Positions 8,766-22,700 of a stretch of DNA of 64,000 bases are shown here, piece after piece. The stretch lies in assembly GCA_963843575.1 (NCBI GenBank), contig CAWJKZ010000019.1, forward strand, positions 160,001 to 224,000, read 5' to 3'. The notes beneath the pieces are model-generated. The model made no database searches. It had not been told where the DNA came from and worked only from the letters and a program-made list of their open reading frames with translations. The stretch comes from an uncultured Acidobacteriota bacterium. Its GTDB lineage: Bacteria > Acidobacteriota > UBA6911. Every line of letters begins with the position of its first letter. The stretch's first letter is position 1. The translations under genes were made by a program, and so were the position numbers.

Positions 8766-11297
8766 ATGCTTCAAAGGTACGGTAACCCCGCACGATACTG
8801 TTTATTGCTCTGCCTCCTGGTGACGGAACTTTCGGCACAAACAAGGATCCGTGTACGCGTCGAACCCAACGCCGGGGATGTGACCGACAAGCTTGTTTTC
8901 GACACCAACCTGGACACGACCGACAACATCGCCCCCAACATAATCTTCACGGCGGACTCCAGCCGCGGGTTTGTCGCTTATCCGGGCTCCGGAACCGTTG
9001 CGGTTTTTTCCGTGCAGAGCGGCGCCGTGCTGAACCGGATCCCCACGGGCGGCAAGCCGTACTGGGGACTGCTGCTGCCTGACGGCCACACGATCGCGTA
9101 TACCTCGGTCCTGTCGAACGAGCTGTTTCTCGTCGACGAAAGCAGCGCGCTGCAAGTCGGCGTCTGGTCGTTCGCCGGTGCGCAATTCGGTTTCGGCAGC
9201 ATACCAGTCCTGTCGCCCGACGGAGTGTACGGCTACATCTCTTCCACCGGCACGGGCGAGGTCATCAAGTTCCGCGTCGCGGACGGCAGGGAGGAGGGGC
9301 GCCTCAAGGGAGTCCCCACGCCCGCCCAGCTGGCCGTCTCCAGCGACGGCGCCACCCTCGTAGTGGTGGAAACCACCAACGAGGAGATCCTTTTCGTCGA
9401 CACCGCAGCGCTTACAACAAAGGCCACCATAAAGCCGCCGTCAGACAGGGCCATTAATTTCACGATCTTCAACCGCCCGGTGCTTGCACCGGACGGCGTC
9501 ACGGGTATCATCGCCAGCCGCGACAACAACGGGATCCTCGGATCCGACTCCGTCTACCTGTTCAAGACGGCCACGGGCGAACTCCTGGATACTGCCAGCA
9601 TCGGGTCCGAACCCGGTTTCACGGGCCTCACGCCCGACGACCGGTACTGGGCCGTCTTCTGCGAGTTTACCATCTCGCTGATTTCCACCGCGGACTTCAA
9701 GACGCGCCGCGAACTCTCGCTGTCTCACGGCGAGCCGATCGGTTCGGCCAACATCGTCTTCAGCCCGGACTCGAAGCTGGCCTACTACGCGTCTTCGGCC
9801 GACGACCTCGTCTACGAGCACCAGATCGACAACGACGCCATCCTCGGGCAGTTGCTGGTCGGCGACAACCCCGACACGGTCCTGGAGCAGCCCTCCGCGA
9901 TGGCCATGACCCCCGACGGGAAGACGCTCGCCGTGCTCGAGTTCGCCAGCAACAACATCGACCTGCTGACCCCGGTCTGGACCCTCGACACCCCCAAGTA
10001 CATCAACTCGCCCGGCCTCTTCACCGGTCTGACCCTCATCAACCTCTCCGACACGGCCAACAAGTTCACCGTGTACGCGCTCGACAACTACGGCCAGCTC
10101 TTGAACGAGACCGGCGTGACCAACCCCGTCACCTACGTCCTGGAGCCCAACGCCCAGGTCTCGAAAACCGTGGCGCAGATGTTCACGCTCGACAGCACAA
10201 AGGAAACGACCGGCTGGATTTCCGTCTTCAGCGAACAGCCGCGGGCGACCGGGTATCTCTCGATCGGGGACAACAGCCTGAACCGGCTCGATGCCGTTCC
10301 CCTGTTCGCGTCCACCTCGTCGACCGACTGGGTCATCCCGGAAGTGGCCAGGCACGAGGGGACCCTGCTCGAACTCAACTACGTCAACCCCACCTACACC
10401 CAATCCCTGTTCAACACCACGCGCTATGCCGTCGACGGCACCGTGCTGGCCTCGAGCACCGGCAACGTCGGCTACCCCACCAACCGACAGACCCAGTATT
10501 TCGGCGACCTGTTCCCGGACCCGGCCGAGGTCAGCGACGGGTACGTGCGGGTCACTTCCAACAAGGGGATGATCTTCACCGAATTCCTGACCACGGCCAA
10601 CACTGCGACCGAGCTGAACGGCATCGATGTCAACCGCTACAGCGGCATCTACACCCTCTACTCCCCGCAGTTCGCGGTCACGCCGGCGTTCAACACGATT
10701 CTCAACGTGATCAACGCTAGCCCCGAAGACGCCGACATCACGGTCACACTCCACGCGGCCGACGGCTCCCCCGTGGGGCAGCCCTATCACACGCGACTGG
10801 TCAAGGGCGCGCAGCTGAAGCGGAACCTCGCTATCCTCTTCCAGGGCGACCCTGCCGTGGCAGACATCACCGGCTGGCTGGAAGTGGCTAGCACCAAGGA
10901 CCGTGTTCTGGGCACCATCACCTTCACAAACGAACAGGCCTCGTTTGCGACGACCTTCGAACTCCTGGGCACCCCGCAGGGGAATTTCCTGTTCCCGGTT
11001 CTCGCCCAGGACGACGTGTATCAAATGGGCCTCGCGCTCCTGAACCCCGGCGCCGAACCCGCCCGGCTGACCCTCGAAGTCCGGGGAGAGGGCGGGGCCG
11101 TCGACGCGACCACTGAGCTAACCCTGCCGGCGAGACACCGGACCGCCCTGTACCTGCCGAGTTTTTTCCCGAACATCGGGCCGCGGCTGACCGGTCACGT
11201 GGGGGTGCGTTCGGACAAGCCTCTACTCGGCTTCTCCCTCATCCACGACGCGGGCTTCACGTTCATGACCGCGATCCCCGCCATCCCCATCCCGTGA
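8766..11297 (+). CDS. secreted YVTN/YncE-like beta-propeller protein with C-terminal beta-sandwich repeats
   Basis: Signal peptide; repeated (L/F)(S/T)PDG blades; C-terminal [10 protein letters not shown] / [12 protein letters not shown] repeats. Confidence 0.75.
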   Translation: MLQRYGNPARYCLLLCLLVTELSAQTRIRVRVEPNAGDVTDKLVFDTNLDTTDNIAPNIIFTADSSRGFVAYPGSGTVAVFSVQSGAVLNRIPTGGKPYWGLLLPDGHTIAYTSVLSNELFLVDESSALQVGVWSFAGAQFGFGSIPVLSPDGVYGYISSTGTGEVIKFRVADGREEGRLKGVPTPAQLAVSSDGATLVVVETTNEEILFVDTAALTTKATIKPPSDRAINFTIFNRPVLAPDGVTGIIASRDNNGILGSDSVYLFKTATGELLDTASIGSEPGFTGLTPDDRYWAVFCEFTISLISTADFKTRRELSLSHGEPIGSANIVFSPDSKLAYYASSADDLVYEHQIDNDAILGQLLVGDNPDTVLEQPSAMAMTPDGKTLAVLEFASNNIDLLTPVWTLDTPKYINSPGLFTGLTLINLSDTANKFTVYALDNYGQLLNETGVTNPVTYVLEPNAQVSKTVAQMFTLDSTKETTGWISVFSEQPRATGYLSIGDNSLNRLDAVPLFASTSSTDWVIPEVARHEGTLLELNYVNPTYTQSLFNTTRYAVDGTVLASSTGNVGYPTNRQTQYFGDLFPDPAEVSDGYVRVTSNKGMIFTEFLTTANTATELNGIDVNRYSGIYTLYSPQFAVTPAFNTILNVINASPEDADITVTLHAADGSPVGQPYHTRLVKGAQLKRNLAILFQGDPAVADITGWLEVASTKDRVLGTITFTNEQASFATTFELLGTPQGNFLFPVLAQDDVYQMGLALLNPGAEPARLTLEVRGEGGAVDATTELTLPARHRTALYLPSFFPNIGPRLTGHVGVRSDKPLLGFSLIHDAGFTFMTAIPAIPIP

Positions 11298-11342
11298 CGC
11301 TTCGGGCCCTGCGCGGCGAGCCGGACCCGATATGTTTTATTT

Positions 11343-11371
11343 TTGCAGAAAGCCGGATCCTGTGGTATCCT
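11343..11371 (+). promoter_or_regulatory. putative sigma70 promoter of rpsO
   Basis: TTGCAG-17 bp-TATCCT with an extended -10 TG, about 40 nt before rpsO. Confidence 0.55.
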
Positions 11372-11412
11372 TAGCGTTTGTCATATCCAGGTTTGCTTGT
11401 TCGGAGGAAGCC

Positions 11413-11682
11413 TTGGCGCTTACGAGAGACAGAATGATTCAGCTGGTGGACGCTTATCGAACCCATGAGACCGACACGGGCTCGCCCGAGGTGCAGATCG
11501 CGATTCTGAGTGAGAAGATCACCTATCTGACCGACCATTTCAAGACTCACGCCAAGGATCACCATTCCCGCAGGGGCCTGTTGAAGATGGTCGGCAAGAG
11601 GCGCCGGCTTCTGGATTACCTCAAAGCCACCGATGTGACCCGCTATCGGACGATCATCGACAGGCTCGGGATCCGGAAATAG
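11413..11682 (+). CDS. rpsO: 30S ribosomal protein S15
   Basis: TTG start after GGAGG; 89 aa; [35 protein letters not shown]. Confidence 0.97.
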   Translation: MALTRDRMIQLVDAYRTHETDTGSPEVQIAILSEKITYLTDHFKTHAKDHHSRRGLLKMVGKRRRLLDYLKATDVTRYRTIIDRLGIRK

Positions 11683-11696
11683 CTGCAAACCACAGC

Positions 11697-11720
11697 CCCT
11701 CCTGCCCGTGGCGGGAGGGT
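11697..11720 (+). terminator. hairpin after rpsO (possible terminator)
   Basis: CCCTCCTGCC-CGT-GGCGGGAGGG stem; no clear U tract. Confidence 0.4.
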
Positions 11721-11852
11721 GTCCCCATCCGATCGGATTCGCCCTCCTCACCCGCGCAATCCGGTTTTTCCAGCCATTGGAGCCTGGAAGTGCCCTGAGA
11801 AGACGTGGGAACGCGAACGTTCCCAAACACAACCGCGAACGGCAGGGAGCCT

Positions 11853-11956
11853 GCAGGGTCTATGAATTATGAGTTATGAGTTAAGGGCTAGTCCGTGAAC
11901 CCCCTCGGACTTCGCCGGATAGCCTTTAACTCAGGGCTCATAATCATAATTCCTGC
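11853..11956 (+). promoter_or_regulatory. long stem-loop in the pnp leader (candidate RNase III site)
   Basis: GCAGG..TATGAATTATGAG..TGAGTTAAGGGCTAGTCCG pairs with CGGATAGCCTTTAACTCA..CTCATAATCATA..CCTGC; imperfect arms of about 40 bp. Confidence 0.7.
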
Positions 11957-12010
11957 TTTGCCAGATCCCGCTCGGCACCCGCCCGTTCAGAATAATCCAT
12001 GGAGGATTAC

Positions 12011-14221
<2,211 letters not shown>

Positions 14222-14296
14222 CCAACCTTCTGCCGCCCGCAGCCCGCAGCCGTTTTCGGTTGCGGGCCGCGGGCGACAGCCACATCGGGGTCGGCG

Positions 14297-15049
14297 ATGA
14301 ATCGTCAGAACATCCTCGAGTTGCTTGAGCGGGTGAGGGCGGGCGCCGTCAGCCCCTCCGAGGGGGTCGAGCGGCTGCGCAACCTGCCGTACGAAGACCT
14401 CGGCTTTGCGCGCGTCGACCACCACCGCACCCTCAGGCTCGGGTTTCCCGAGGTGATCTTCGGGCTCGGAAAAAAACCCGACCATGTGGTCCGCATCGTC
14501 CGCAGCCTGCTGCCCCAGAAGTGCAACATCCTAGTTACCCGGTGCTCGCCCGAAACCTACGCCCGCCTCCGCCGCTCCGTCCGGAAGGCCCGGTTTCACG
14601 ACGACGCGCAGGCCGCCAGCGTCCTCCAGGACCCCACCGTCTACGGAGACGGCACGATCCACATCGTGTGCGCCGGCACCTCCGACATCCCCGTCGCCGA
14701 GGAGGCTGCCCTCACCGCCGAACTCATGGGCAATGTCGTCGAGCGGACCTTCGACGCCGGCGTCGCCGGCATCCACCGGCTGCTTAGCGCCCGCGAGGCG
14801 CTGGTGCGCGCGCGCGTGGTGATCGTCGTGGCGGGCATGGAAGGCGCGCTCCCCAGCGTCGTCGGCGGTCTGGTCAGCGTCCCGGTCATCGCCGTGCCGA
14901 CCAGCGTCGGGTACGGCAGCGCCTTCGGCGGCATGACGGCCCTCCTGGCCATGCTCAACAGCTGCGCCTCGAACGTCTCGGTCGTCAACATCGACAACGG
15001 CTTCGGCGCCGGCTACGTCGCCAGCCTCATCAACCGCAAGCGCCCCTGA
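14297..15049 (+). CDS. larB: nickel-pincer cofactor biosynthesis protein LarB (PurE-like)
   Basis: [62 protein letters not shown]. Confidence 0.9.
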   Translation: MNRQNILELLERVRAGAVSPSEGVERLRNLPYEDLGFARVDHHRTLRLGFPEVIFGLGKKPDHVVRIVRSLLPQKCNILVTRCSPETYARLRRSVRKARFHDDAQAASVLQDPTVYGDGTIHIVCAGTSDIPVAEEAALTAELMGNVVERTFDAGVAGIHRLLSAREALVRARVVIVVAGMEGALPSVVGGLVSVPVIAVPTSVGYGSAFGGMTALLAMLNSCASNVSVVNIDNGFGAGYVASLINRKRP

Positions 15050-15157
15050 GAGTCCAACAGGAAACCCCGGGCGTGAGTTGTGGGTGCACTGTGGCCTGAG
15101 ACAAAAAGGGCGACAGTCGTGTCAACGTGTCCGTACCGAGGCCAGCCAGCCCTGGGT

Positions 15158-15207
15158 CGGCGCCGAGGCGCCGACCCCAAAGCGGCGTCGAGCCGCCGCA
15201 CTCCAGA
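15158..15207 (-). repeat. REP-like element family B
   Basis: CGGCGCCGAGGCGCCG..CCAAAGCGGCGTCGAGCCGCCGCACTCCAGA, the reverse complement of the 8582 copy. Confidence 0.85.
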
Positions 15208-15276
15208 CCGCAAATCGGCATTCTTCGGGGCGCGTGAATTTGGTATTATTCCGGCACTCAAATCCAGGCGAGTGGT

Positions 15277-17054
15277 ATGCCCCTGTACTCTGACGGTGTG
15301 CTAGACGAAGTGCGGAATTCCGTCAACATCGTGTCGCTCGTCTCCGAATATGTCGCGCTCAAAAAGCGCGGCCGGAATCACGTCGCCCGGTGCCCTTTCC
15401 ACACCGAGAAGACCCCGTCGTTCAACGTCAACGAAGAAAAGCAGATCTTCATGTGCTTCGGCTGCGGCGTCGGCGGCGACGTCTTCAAATTCGTCATGCA
15501 GGTCGAACACCTGACCTTTCCCGAGTCCGTGCGCTTCATCGCAGAACGCTACGGGGTCGCGCTGCCCCAGACCGCCGCTCCGGCCGAGGACGGCGGGGGC
15601 AGCCGAGCCGCTGCGCAGGGCCATGGCGGAGGCGTGCAGCTTCTTCCACCGCCTGCTGCTCGAATCGGAGGAGGGGCGCCCGGCGCTGAAGTACCTGGAA
15701 GGGAGAGGGGTGACGCGGGCAACGATCGACCGCTTCGCCCTGGGTTACTCGCCGGCCGACGGCAATGGGCTCACCCAGGGCCTGTCGAAGCTCGGCATCG
15801 ATGCGGCCTTGCTCGAGCAGTGCGGCCTCACCAAGCGCTCCGAGGACGGGAAACGCCTCTACGATGTGTTTCGGGGGAGGGTCATGTTCCCCATCACCGA
15901 CGTGCGCGGCAGGGTGATCGCCTTCGGCGGCCGGGCCATGGGTGACAGGCAACCGAAGTATTTGAATTCCCCGGAGACGAGGCTCTATAATAAAAGTCGC
16001 AACCTTTTCGGCTTGTATTTCTCCCGGGAGGGAATCAAGCGTCTGGACTTCGCCGTGCTGGTCGAAGGCTACATGGATTTCGTGGTGCCCTTTCCAGCAC
16101 GGGATCGAGAACCTGGTTGCTTCGCTGGGAACGAGTCTGACTCCCCAACAGGTCCAACTGCTCGGTCGGTACACTCGCGAGGTCGTGGTGAGTTACGACC
16201 CTGATTCTGCGGGCCTTGCCGCGACGCAGAGGTCGCTCGATCTTTTTTTGGAGGAGGATTTTCGAGTCAGGGTACTTCGCCTGCCTGACGGTCAGGATCC
16301 CGACGCCTTTATAAGGAAGACAGGGGCGGCCGAATACCGGGACCGATTGCGCGCGTCCACACCCTACCTGGACTTCGTGCTCGATGCGGCAATTCACAGC
16401 CAGGGCAGTCTGGATAACCCCAGGAATAAAATACAGGTCATAAATGCGGTTCTGCCGTACCTGGCCAAGTTGCCGAACGCTGTGGAGCGATCCGACTACG
16501 TATTCCGGTTCGCCCGCAGACTGCGCATCGAGGACCAGCAGTTGCTGGCGGAAGTGAAGCGTGCCGCCCAGCAGAAACGAACCCGGCTTACCGAGGCCCC
16601 GCTGGCGTCCCTCGGGGCCATGAAGTTCGCGGAAAAGCGACTCCTCCAGGTGCTGCTGGGCAATACGTGCGCTCCAGTCGGAGATCCTGCCACTGTGCTC
16701 CGAGCGGGTTTTCGACGGGTTGGCGACCGAGAAGATTTTCGCCGTGATCACTGGAGGAGCTCCGCAGCAGCCGGATTTGCACGTTCGACCTTCTACAGAG
16801 CCGCTTCGCGGGTCAGCCCGAGCAGGCGCTCGCCGCGCAGCTGCAGATGGAGGAAGTCCCGGAGGACCTGTCGCGCGACGCCGCGGAGAGCTGCTACAGC
16901 GCGCTGCTCGCGCTCCGGCTCGCGCACGACAAGCAGGAGATCCTCAGCCAAGATCGACGACGCGGTGCAGCGCAAGGACGACGAGATGCTCAACCGCCTC
17001 ATCGAGCAGCGCGTGCTCGTCGATCGCGAACTGGTCAGCCTGTCCAGGAAATAG
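15277..17054 (+). CDS. dnaG: DNA primase (several apparent frameshifts)
   Basis: [22 protein letters not shown] zinc finger; [37 protein letters not shown] spread over frames; upstream of rpoD. Confidence 0.93.
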
Positions 17055-17074
17055 CAGGAAAGGAGACATCGGTT

Positions 17075-18766
17075 TTGTCTATCGAAGAAAAGTACGATGA
17101 AGTGAAAGAGCTGATCCTCATGGGGAAAGAGCGGGGATACCTGCTCTACGACGAGGTCAACGACCTCCTCCCCGAGGGGATCTGCTCTTCGGACGAGCTC
17201 GACAGCATCTTCTCTCTTTTCGGCTCCGCCGGCATCGAGGTCATCGATTCCGAGCAGAAGTTCCAGGACGAGGGGAAGAAAGACGAAAAGGGTGCCGACG
17301 CCGGCGAGGAAGGCGAGTTCGACTTCGGGGCGATCACGCTGGACAAGACCAACGACCCCGTCCGTATGTACCTGCGCGAGATGGGGACTGTTCCGCTGCT
17401 CAGCCGGGATGGCGAGGTGGAGATCGCCAAGCGGATCGAGCACGGGCAGAAGGTCGTCCTGAAGGCGCTCTCCCGTTCCCCTCTGGTCGTCCAGGAGATC
17501 CTGATCCTCGGCGACAAGCTAAAAAAGGGCCTCGCCAGCATCCGCGACGTCGTCTCGTTCACCGAGGACGAGATCACCGAGGAGCGTCTGGAAGAGAAGA
17601 AGGCCGCGGTCCTGGATATCATCGAGAGCATCCGGAAGGACGAGCGCACCGCCGACCGGATCGAAGGGAAGTTCACGGGGTTGCGCAAGGCGTCCCTGCA
17701 GCACAAGAAGCTGGCCCTGAAGCTCGCCCGCTTCCGGGTGCACATCATCCAGAAGGTCCGGGCGCTTGAACTCAACTCCCCACAGCACGACCATCTCGTG
17801 CAGGTCATCAAGAAGACCGTCGACGACGTGCTCGAGGTCGAACGCGAGAGGTCGAAGCTCAAGAAGAGCCTTGAGACCCCCAGACGGCTCGAGGACGCCA
17901 AGTCGATCAAGAAGCGGATCAAGTTCCTCGAGGCCCGCATCCGTGAAATCGAGAGCACGGCGTCCGCCGGGGTCACCGATCTGAAGCGCACCCTCGCCAC
18001 CATCAAGTCCGGCGAGCTCGAGGCCGACATCGCCAAGAAGGAACTCGTCGAGGCCAACCTCCGCCTCGTCGTCTCTATCGCGAAGAAGTACACCAACCGC
18101 GGCTTGCAGTTCCTGGACCTGATCCAGGAGGGGAACATCGGACTCATGAAGGCGGTCGACAAGTTCGAGTATCGCCGCGGGTACAAGTTTTCCACCTATG
18201 CCACCTGGTGGATCCGCCAGGCCATCACCCGCGCCATCGCCGATCAGGCCCGCACCATCCGCATCCCCGTCCACATGATCGAGACCATCAACAAGCTGAT
18301 CCGCACCTCCCGCAGCCTGGTCCAGGAGTACGGCCGGGAACCCACCAGCGAGGAAATCGCCAAGAAGATGGATTTCCCGGTGAGCAAGGTGCGCAAGATC
18401 CTCAAGATCGCCCAGGAACCGATCAGCCTCGAAACGCCCATCGGTGAGGAGGAGGACAGCCACCTCGGCGACTTCATCGAGGACCGCGGCGTCATTTCGC
18501 CGGCCGAGGCGGTCATCAACATCAATCTCAAAGAACAGACGGAATCGGTCCTGAAGACGCTCACGCCACGCGAGGAACAGGTCATCAAGATGCGGTTCGG
18601 ACTCGGCGACGGCAGCGAGCACACGCTCGAGGAGGTCGGGCAGCGCTTCTCGGTCACCCGGGAGCGCATCCGCCAGATCGAGGCCAAGGCCCTGCGCAAG
18701 CTGCGTCACCCCTCGCGCAGCCGCATGCTGAAGGCGTTCCTGGAAGGCGCCGCCGTCAGAGACTAG
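17075..18766 (+). CDS. rpoD: RNA polymerase primary sigma factor
   Basis: Region 1.1 [14 protein letters not shown]; [11 protein letters not shown]; [13 protein letters not shown]; [18 protein letters not shown]; [19 protein letters not shown]. Confidence 0.98.
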   Translation: MSIEEKYDEVKELILMGKERGYLLYDEVNDLLPEGICSSDELDSIFSLFGSAGIEVIDSEQKFQDEGKKDEKGADAGEEGEFDFGAITLDKTNDPVRMYLREMGTVPLLSRDGEVEIAKRIEHGQKVVLKALSRSPLVVQEILILGDKLKKGLASIRDVVSFTEDEITEERLEEKKAAVLDIIESIRKDERTADRIEGKFTGLRKASLQHKKLALKLARFRVHIIQKVRALELNSPQHDHLVQVIKKTVDDVLEVERERSKLKKSLETPRRLEDAKSIKKRIKFLEARIREIESTASAGVTDLKRTLATIKSGELEADIAKKELVEANLRLVVSIAKKYTNRGLQFLDLIQEGNIGLMKAVDKFEYRRGYKFSTYATWWIRQAITRAIADQARTIRIPVHMIETINKLIRTSRSLVQEYGREPTSEEIAKKMDFPVSKVRKILKIAQEPISLETPIGEEEDSHLGDFIEDRGVISPAEAVININLKEQTESVLKTLTPREEQVIKMRFGLGDGSEHTLEEVGQRFSVTRERIRQIEAKALRKLRHPSRSRMLKAFLEGAAVRD

Positions 18767-18785
18767 GTGGTGCTACAACGTACTG

Positions 18786-18846
18786 TGGCGGCGCCGAGGC
18801 GCCGCCACCAAAGCGGCGTCGAGCCCGTCGAGCCGCCGCACTCCAC
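18786..18846 (-). repeat. REP-like element family B
   Basis: TGGCGGCGCC-GA-GGCGCCGCCA palindrome plus CCAAAGCGGCGTCGAGC(CCGTCGAGC)CGCCGCACTCCA with an internal duplication. Confidence 0.85.
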
Positions 18847-18868
18847 AACGAAGCAAAGCGGAAGTCCT

Positions 18869-18898
18869 TTGACAAACAACCCCGGTCTACACTAGCCT
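18869..18898 (+). promoter_or_regulatory. possible sigma70 promoter upstream of the ECF sigma gene
   Basis: TTGACA-18 bp-TAGCCT. Confidence 0.4.
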
Positions 18899-19006
18899 GA
18901 TTTCCGTCGCGAAGAAAAGCAAGCGGGCCCGTCCCCAGCCGTCGTCCAGGGTGGCCCCACTTGGCTTTTTTTCCTGTAGAAACCAGCCTGGTGAACCGGA
19001 CCTGTC

Positions 19007-19705
19007 GTGGCGACTGATCCTGCGCAACTCGAGTCGGTGGAACTGCTGTTCTCGTGCGCCGAGAACAGGGACGATACCGAGCTCTGGTCGGAATTCCTCC
19101 GGCGCTTCGCACCAAAAATCAAGATCTTCATTCGAGGGACGATCCGGCAGGAAGGCAACCGGTCGTGTTCAGGCACTGCCGGGTTGCCGGACGAGGTGCA
19201 GGGAAGCGACCTGTTCCAGAACACGATCGTCCGGCTCATAGAGAACGACTGCGCCGCGATTAAGCGGTTTTCGGGCGATACGGAATCCGAGCTGCTGGCC
19301 TATCTGGCCGTCATCACCCGTTCCGTGGTCCGGGACTACCTGCGCTGGACCCGGGCGCTGAAACGCGTCCCCGTATCCAGCACCACGACGACGGATGCCG
19401 ACAACACGGCCCGATTTCTGCAGGGCCCGGCCGCACCCGGTCCCGCCATCGAACGCGGCATTCTGATCCGCGAGCTGAACGAAATCAGCGTCGACGCCAT
19501 AAGAAACAACTCCGGCCCATACTCGGCGCGCGACCTGATGATCTTCAAGCTCTACTTCGACCGGGACCTGTCGATCGCCCAGATCGCCGGTTGCAAGGGC
19601 CTCAAGCTGTCCAAGACGGGAGTCGAGAAGGTGCTCAATCGCCTGAAAAACAGGATCCGGAGCGTCGCAGCGAGCTCGGCAGCTGGAGCGGTGGAACTTC
19701 GATGA
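19007..19705 (+). CDS. ECF-type sigma-70 family factor
   Basis: Region 2-like WSEFLRRF..DLFQNTIVRL..YLAVITRSVVRDYLR; region 4-like RDLMIFKLYF..LSIAQIA..LSKTGVEKVLNRLKNRIR. Confidence 0.85.
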   Translation: MATDPAQLESVELLFSCAENRDDTELWSEFLRRFAPKIKIFIRGTIRQEGNRSCSGTAGLPDEVQGSDLFQNTIVRLIENDCAAIKRFSGDTESELLAYLAVITRSVVRDYLRWTRALKRVPVSSTTTTDADNTARFLQGPAAPGPAIERGILIRELNEISVDAIRNNSGPYSARDLMIFKLYFDRDLSIAQIAGCKGLKLSKTGVEKVLNRLKNRIRSVAASSAAGAVELR

Positions 19706-22700
19706 CATCCAAAGCCAGGACAACCGACAGCGCCTGCCTCGACGACAACGATCTCTACGGCTACGTGACCGGGTCCCCAGGGACGCGGCCGGCCGAGGAG
19801 CTCGAATTGCACCTCGCGAGCTGCGCGGTGTGCCGCGAAGAGTTGGCCGGGCTGCTCGAACTGCTTCACCCGGAAGCCGACGACGCGCCCGAGGCGGAGC
19901 CCGGCTGCCCTTCTCAAGAAATGCGGAACACCCTCGAGCTCATCCGCCAGACCTCGGGGCCACGGGCCGGAAACAGTTCCGGGCGCCGCTGGTATCAGTG
20001 GGGCGCTGCCGCCGCTGCTGCCGTGTTCGTCCTCGGCGTTCTGGCCCTGGCCGCACTTCGCCTGTACGAGGGCGCGAAGGCCGGGGCGCTCTCGGCCCAG
20101 GCGCGCGCGGCCCTGCAACACGCCTACGCGCCCCGGAGCCCGAACGACCTCCGGCTCGATCTTCCCTTCGCGTCCGACGAGTCGCAGCGAAGCCCCGAGC
20201 CCGCCGGCAGCCTGGAAAGCGCCGAGGCGTTCTACCACGGGGCTCTGGGTGTCAGGGATGGCCTGCGGGAACCCCTCCTCGGCCTGGGATACATCTACCT
20301 GCGGCAAAACCGAACCCCCCAGGCCCTCGAGCAGTTTCAACGCATACTCGACTCGAGCGCCGCTGACATCCAGGCGTTGCTGGGCCGCGGGGTTGCGCGG
20401 TACGAGAGCGCCATGGCCGCCACCGATCCGACCGAGCGGAGCGGCGCCCTGGACGCCGCGCTGGGCGACTTCGACGCCGTACTCGCGCTCAAGCCGGATT
20501 CGCACGAGGCTTCGTTCAATAAGGCCCGCACGTTGTTCGAGCTGGGGCGCCACCAGCAGGCCGTACGCGAGATCGAGTCGTACCTCGGCCGGGACCCCGA
20601 CTCCATCTGGGGCAAGAAACTCCAGGAACTCAAAACCCGGATCCTCATGAACCGCTCGGAGCTGTTGGACCGCGAGGTCCAGCGCGCCGCGAGGGCCAGG
20701 GACGCACCCGCGCTGGAGCGCCTCGCCCGCATCGTCCCCGAGAAAATCCCTCCAATAATCCGCAGCCTCCTCCTCGAATCGCTGACCGTCGCAGACAATA
20801 CCGATCCATCCGGCCTGTCGTGGGCCGCCGGCGTCCTGGAAGCGTCGCGCCGCGCCGCCACGGGCGACGCCAGCGGCGCCGTGCTGTTGAAACAGTACCG
20901 CAGTTTTTCCCAATCCCAGCGCCGTGCCCGGCGCGAGCTGAACGCGCGCCTCGAACGACTCATCGCGTCGTTTTCCGGCGGGGGCATGCTGCCGGCCCTG
21001 AAAGGAAGCGACGGACTCGCCGTCGCGCTGGAGCGGTGGCGGGACCACTGGCAACTGGTCCGACTGTACCAGTTGCGGGGCACCGCGCGGTTTTATGGCC
21101 TCTCCGATTTCGCCGGCGCCACCGCCGAGTACCGGAAGATGCTGCGCTGCGCCGAGCTGTCCACCGATCCTGACCTGGTCGCGCGCTCGCTGGCCGCGTT
21201 GAGTTCGTCCTACGGCGAGGAGGCCCGCTACGACGAAGCCCTGACCGCGCTTTCCCGCCTCAAACAAGTCGCGCGTAACTCCGGGCTGCGCTCGTGGACG
21301 CTTTTTGCGTGCAACTCCCTCGGGGCCGTCTATCTGAAGCTCAACCAGCTGCAGGAGAGCCTGCGGGAGTACTCGTCCGCCCTCACCCAGGCGTACCGGG
21401 CGATGGATCACGAGTCTCTCGTCCTCGCGCTCGAGAACCTCGGGGTCGTCATGGAACGGCTGGACCGGTATCCGGAGGCGCGCCGGTTCTACGCCGAGGC
21501 CGGCCGCATGCAGGCCTCCCTGCTGTCGGACGGCATCCTGCAACCGACGCCGGACACGGAGGCGCGCCGACGCAACCTGCTGGCCAAGGAGGGATCGCTC
21601 GCCCTCCGGTTGAAGGACTTCCCCGTAGCCCGGGCCCGTTTCGAGGAGTCGCTGCCGCATCCACCCACGGGCGTGACGGAGTTGGAGGCCAGAGACCGTA
21701 TCGGCCTTGCCCAGGTGTGCATCGAGGAGGGGAAGCTCTCCGAGGCGGAGGGCGAGGTGAGACGAGTCCTGGAGATCGCCTCGGCCAACGCGCTCCCGGA
21801 GGCAACCTGGCAGGCCCACAGTCTGGCCGGCTTTATTCGGGGACGCGCGGGAGACGACGAGGAGGCGCTTCGGCACTTCGATGCCGCCACCCAGGTCCTG
21901 GAACGGATGAGAACGCGGATCTCCTCGCCCGACCAGCAACGGTCTTTCCTGGCCCCGCGTTTCGATCCGTACCGCGAGCCGATTCCCTTGCTGTTCCGCC
22001 TGCACAAGGCGCCGGACGAAATCCTCGCCGCCGTCGATCGGGCCAAGTCGATGACCCTGCGGGAGTCGTTGCGTTCGCGTTCCGGCGCGCCGGATGTCGC
22101 GGGCTCGTCCTGGGCTTCCGGCCCGGCCGCTGCTCGACTGCCGCCCGGCACCGCCGTCGTGGACTATTTCCTCTGCTCCGATCAGGTCTTTGCGTTTGTT
22201 TCGGGCGAGCGTGGGAGCGACGCCGTCCGCCTCGGCGTGGCGCCGGATGAGCTTGAAGCCTCCGCCTCCGAGTACGTCGAGAGCATCCGGACCGGCAATT
22301 ACGAATCGTTCTCGAGCCTGTCTCGAACTCTCCACGAGGCCCTGATCGATCCCATCCTGCCGGCGATCGCGGAGCCGTCGGTGCGCGCCCTGATCATCCT
22401 GCCGGACGGCCCGCTCCACCTCGTGCCGTTCGCCGGCCTCACGGACCCCGCTGGACGCTGCCTGCTCGAGCGGTATGCGCTGTCGTTCGCGCCTTCCCGA
22501 AGCGTCCTCAGCCACTGCCTGGCGGCCGGCAAGGCCGGAGGCTTCACGCGGAGCTCGACGGTGCTGCTGATGGACGGCAGCGCCAATCTCCCGGGGTCGG
22601 CGCGCGAGCTGGGTCGCATCGGTGCGCTGTTTGAGCGAAACAGCCGGATGGCGACCTTCGCCGACCTTGGGGCCCTGGACTCCTCCCTTGGGACGTTTGA

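Noticed and set aside
15277-17054. Programmed frameshifting or pseudogenisation of dnaG and xseA
   Set aside because: The breaks are numerous and scattered with no slippery-site pattern, in an essential gene; sequencing error is more parsimonious.
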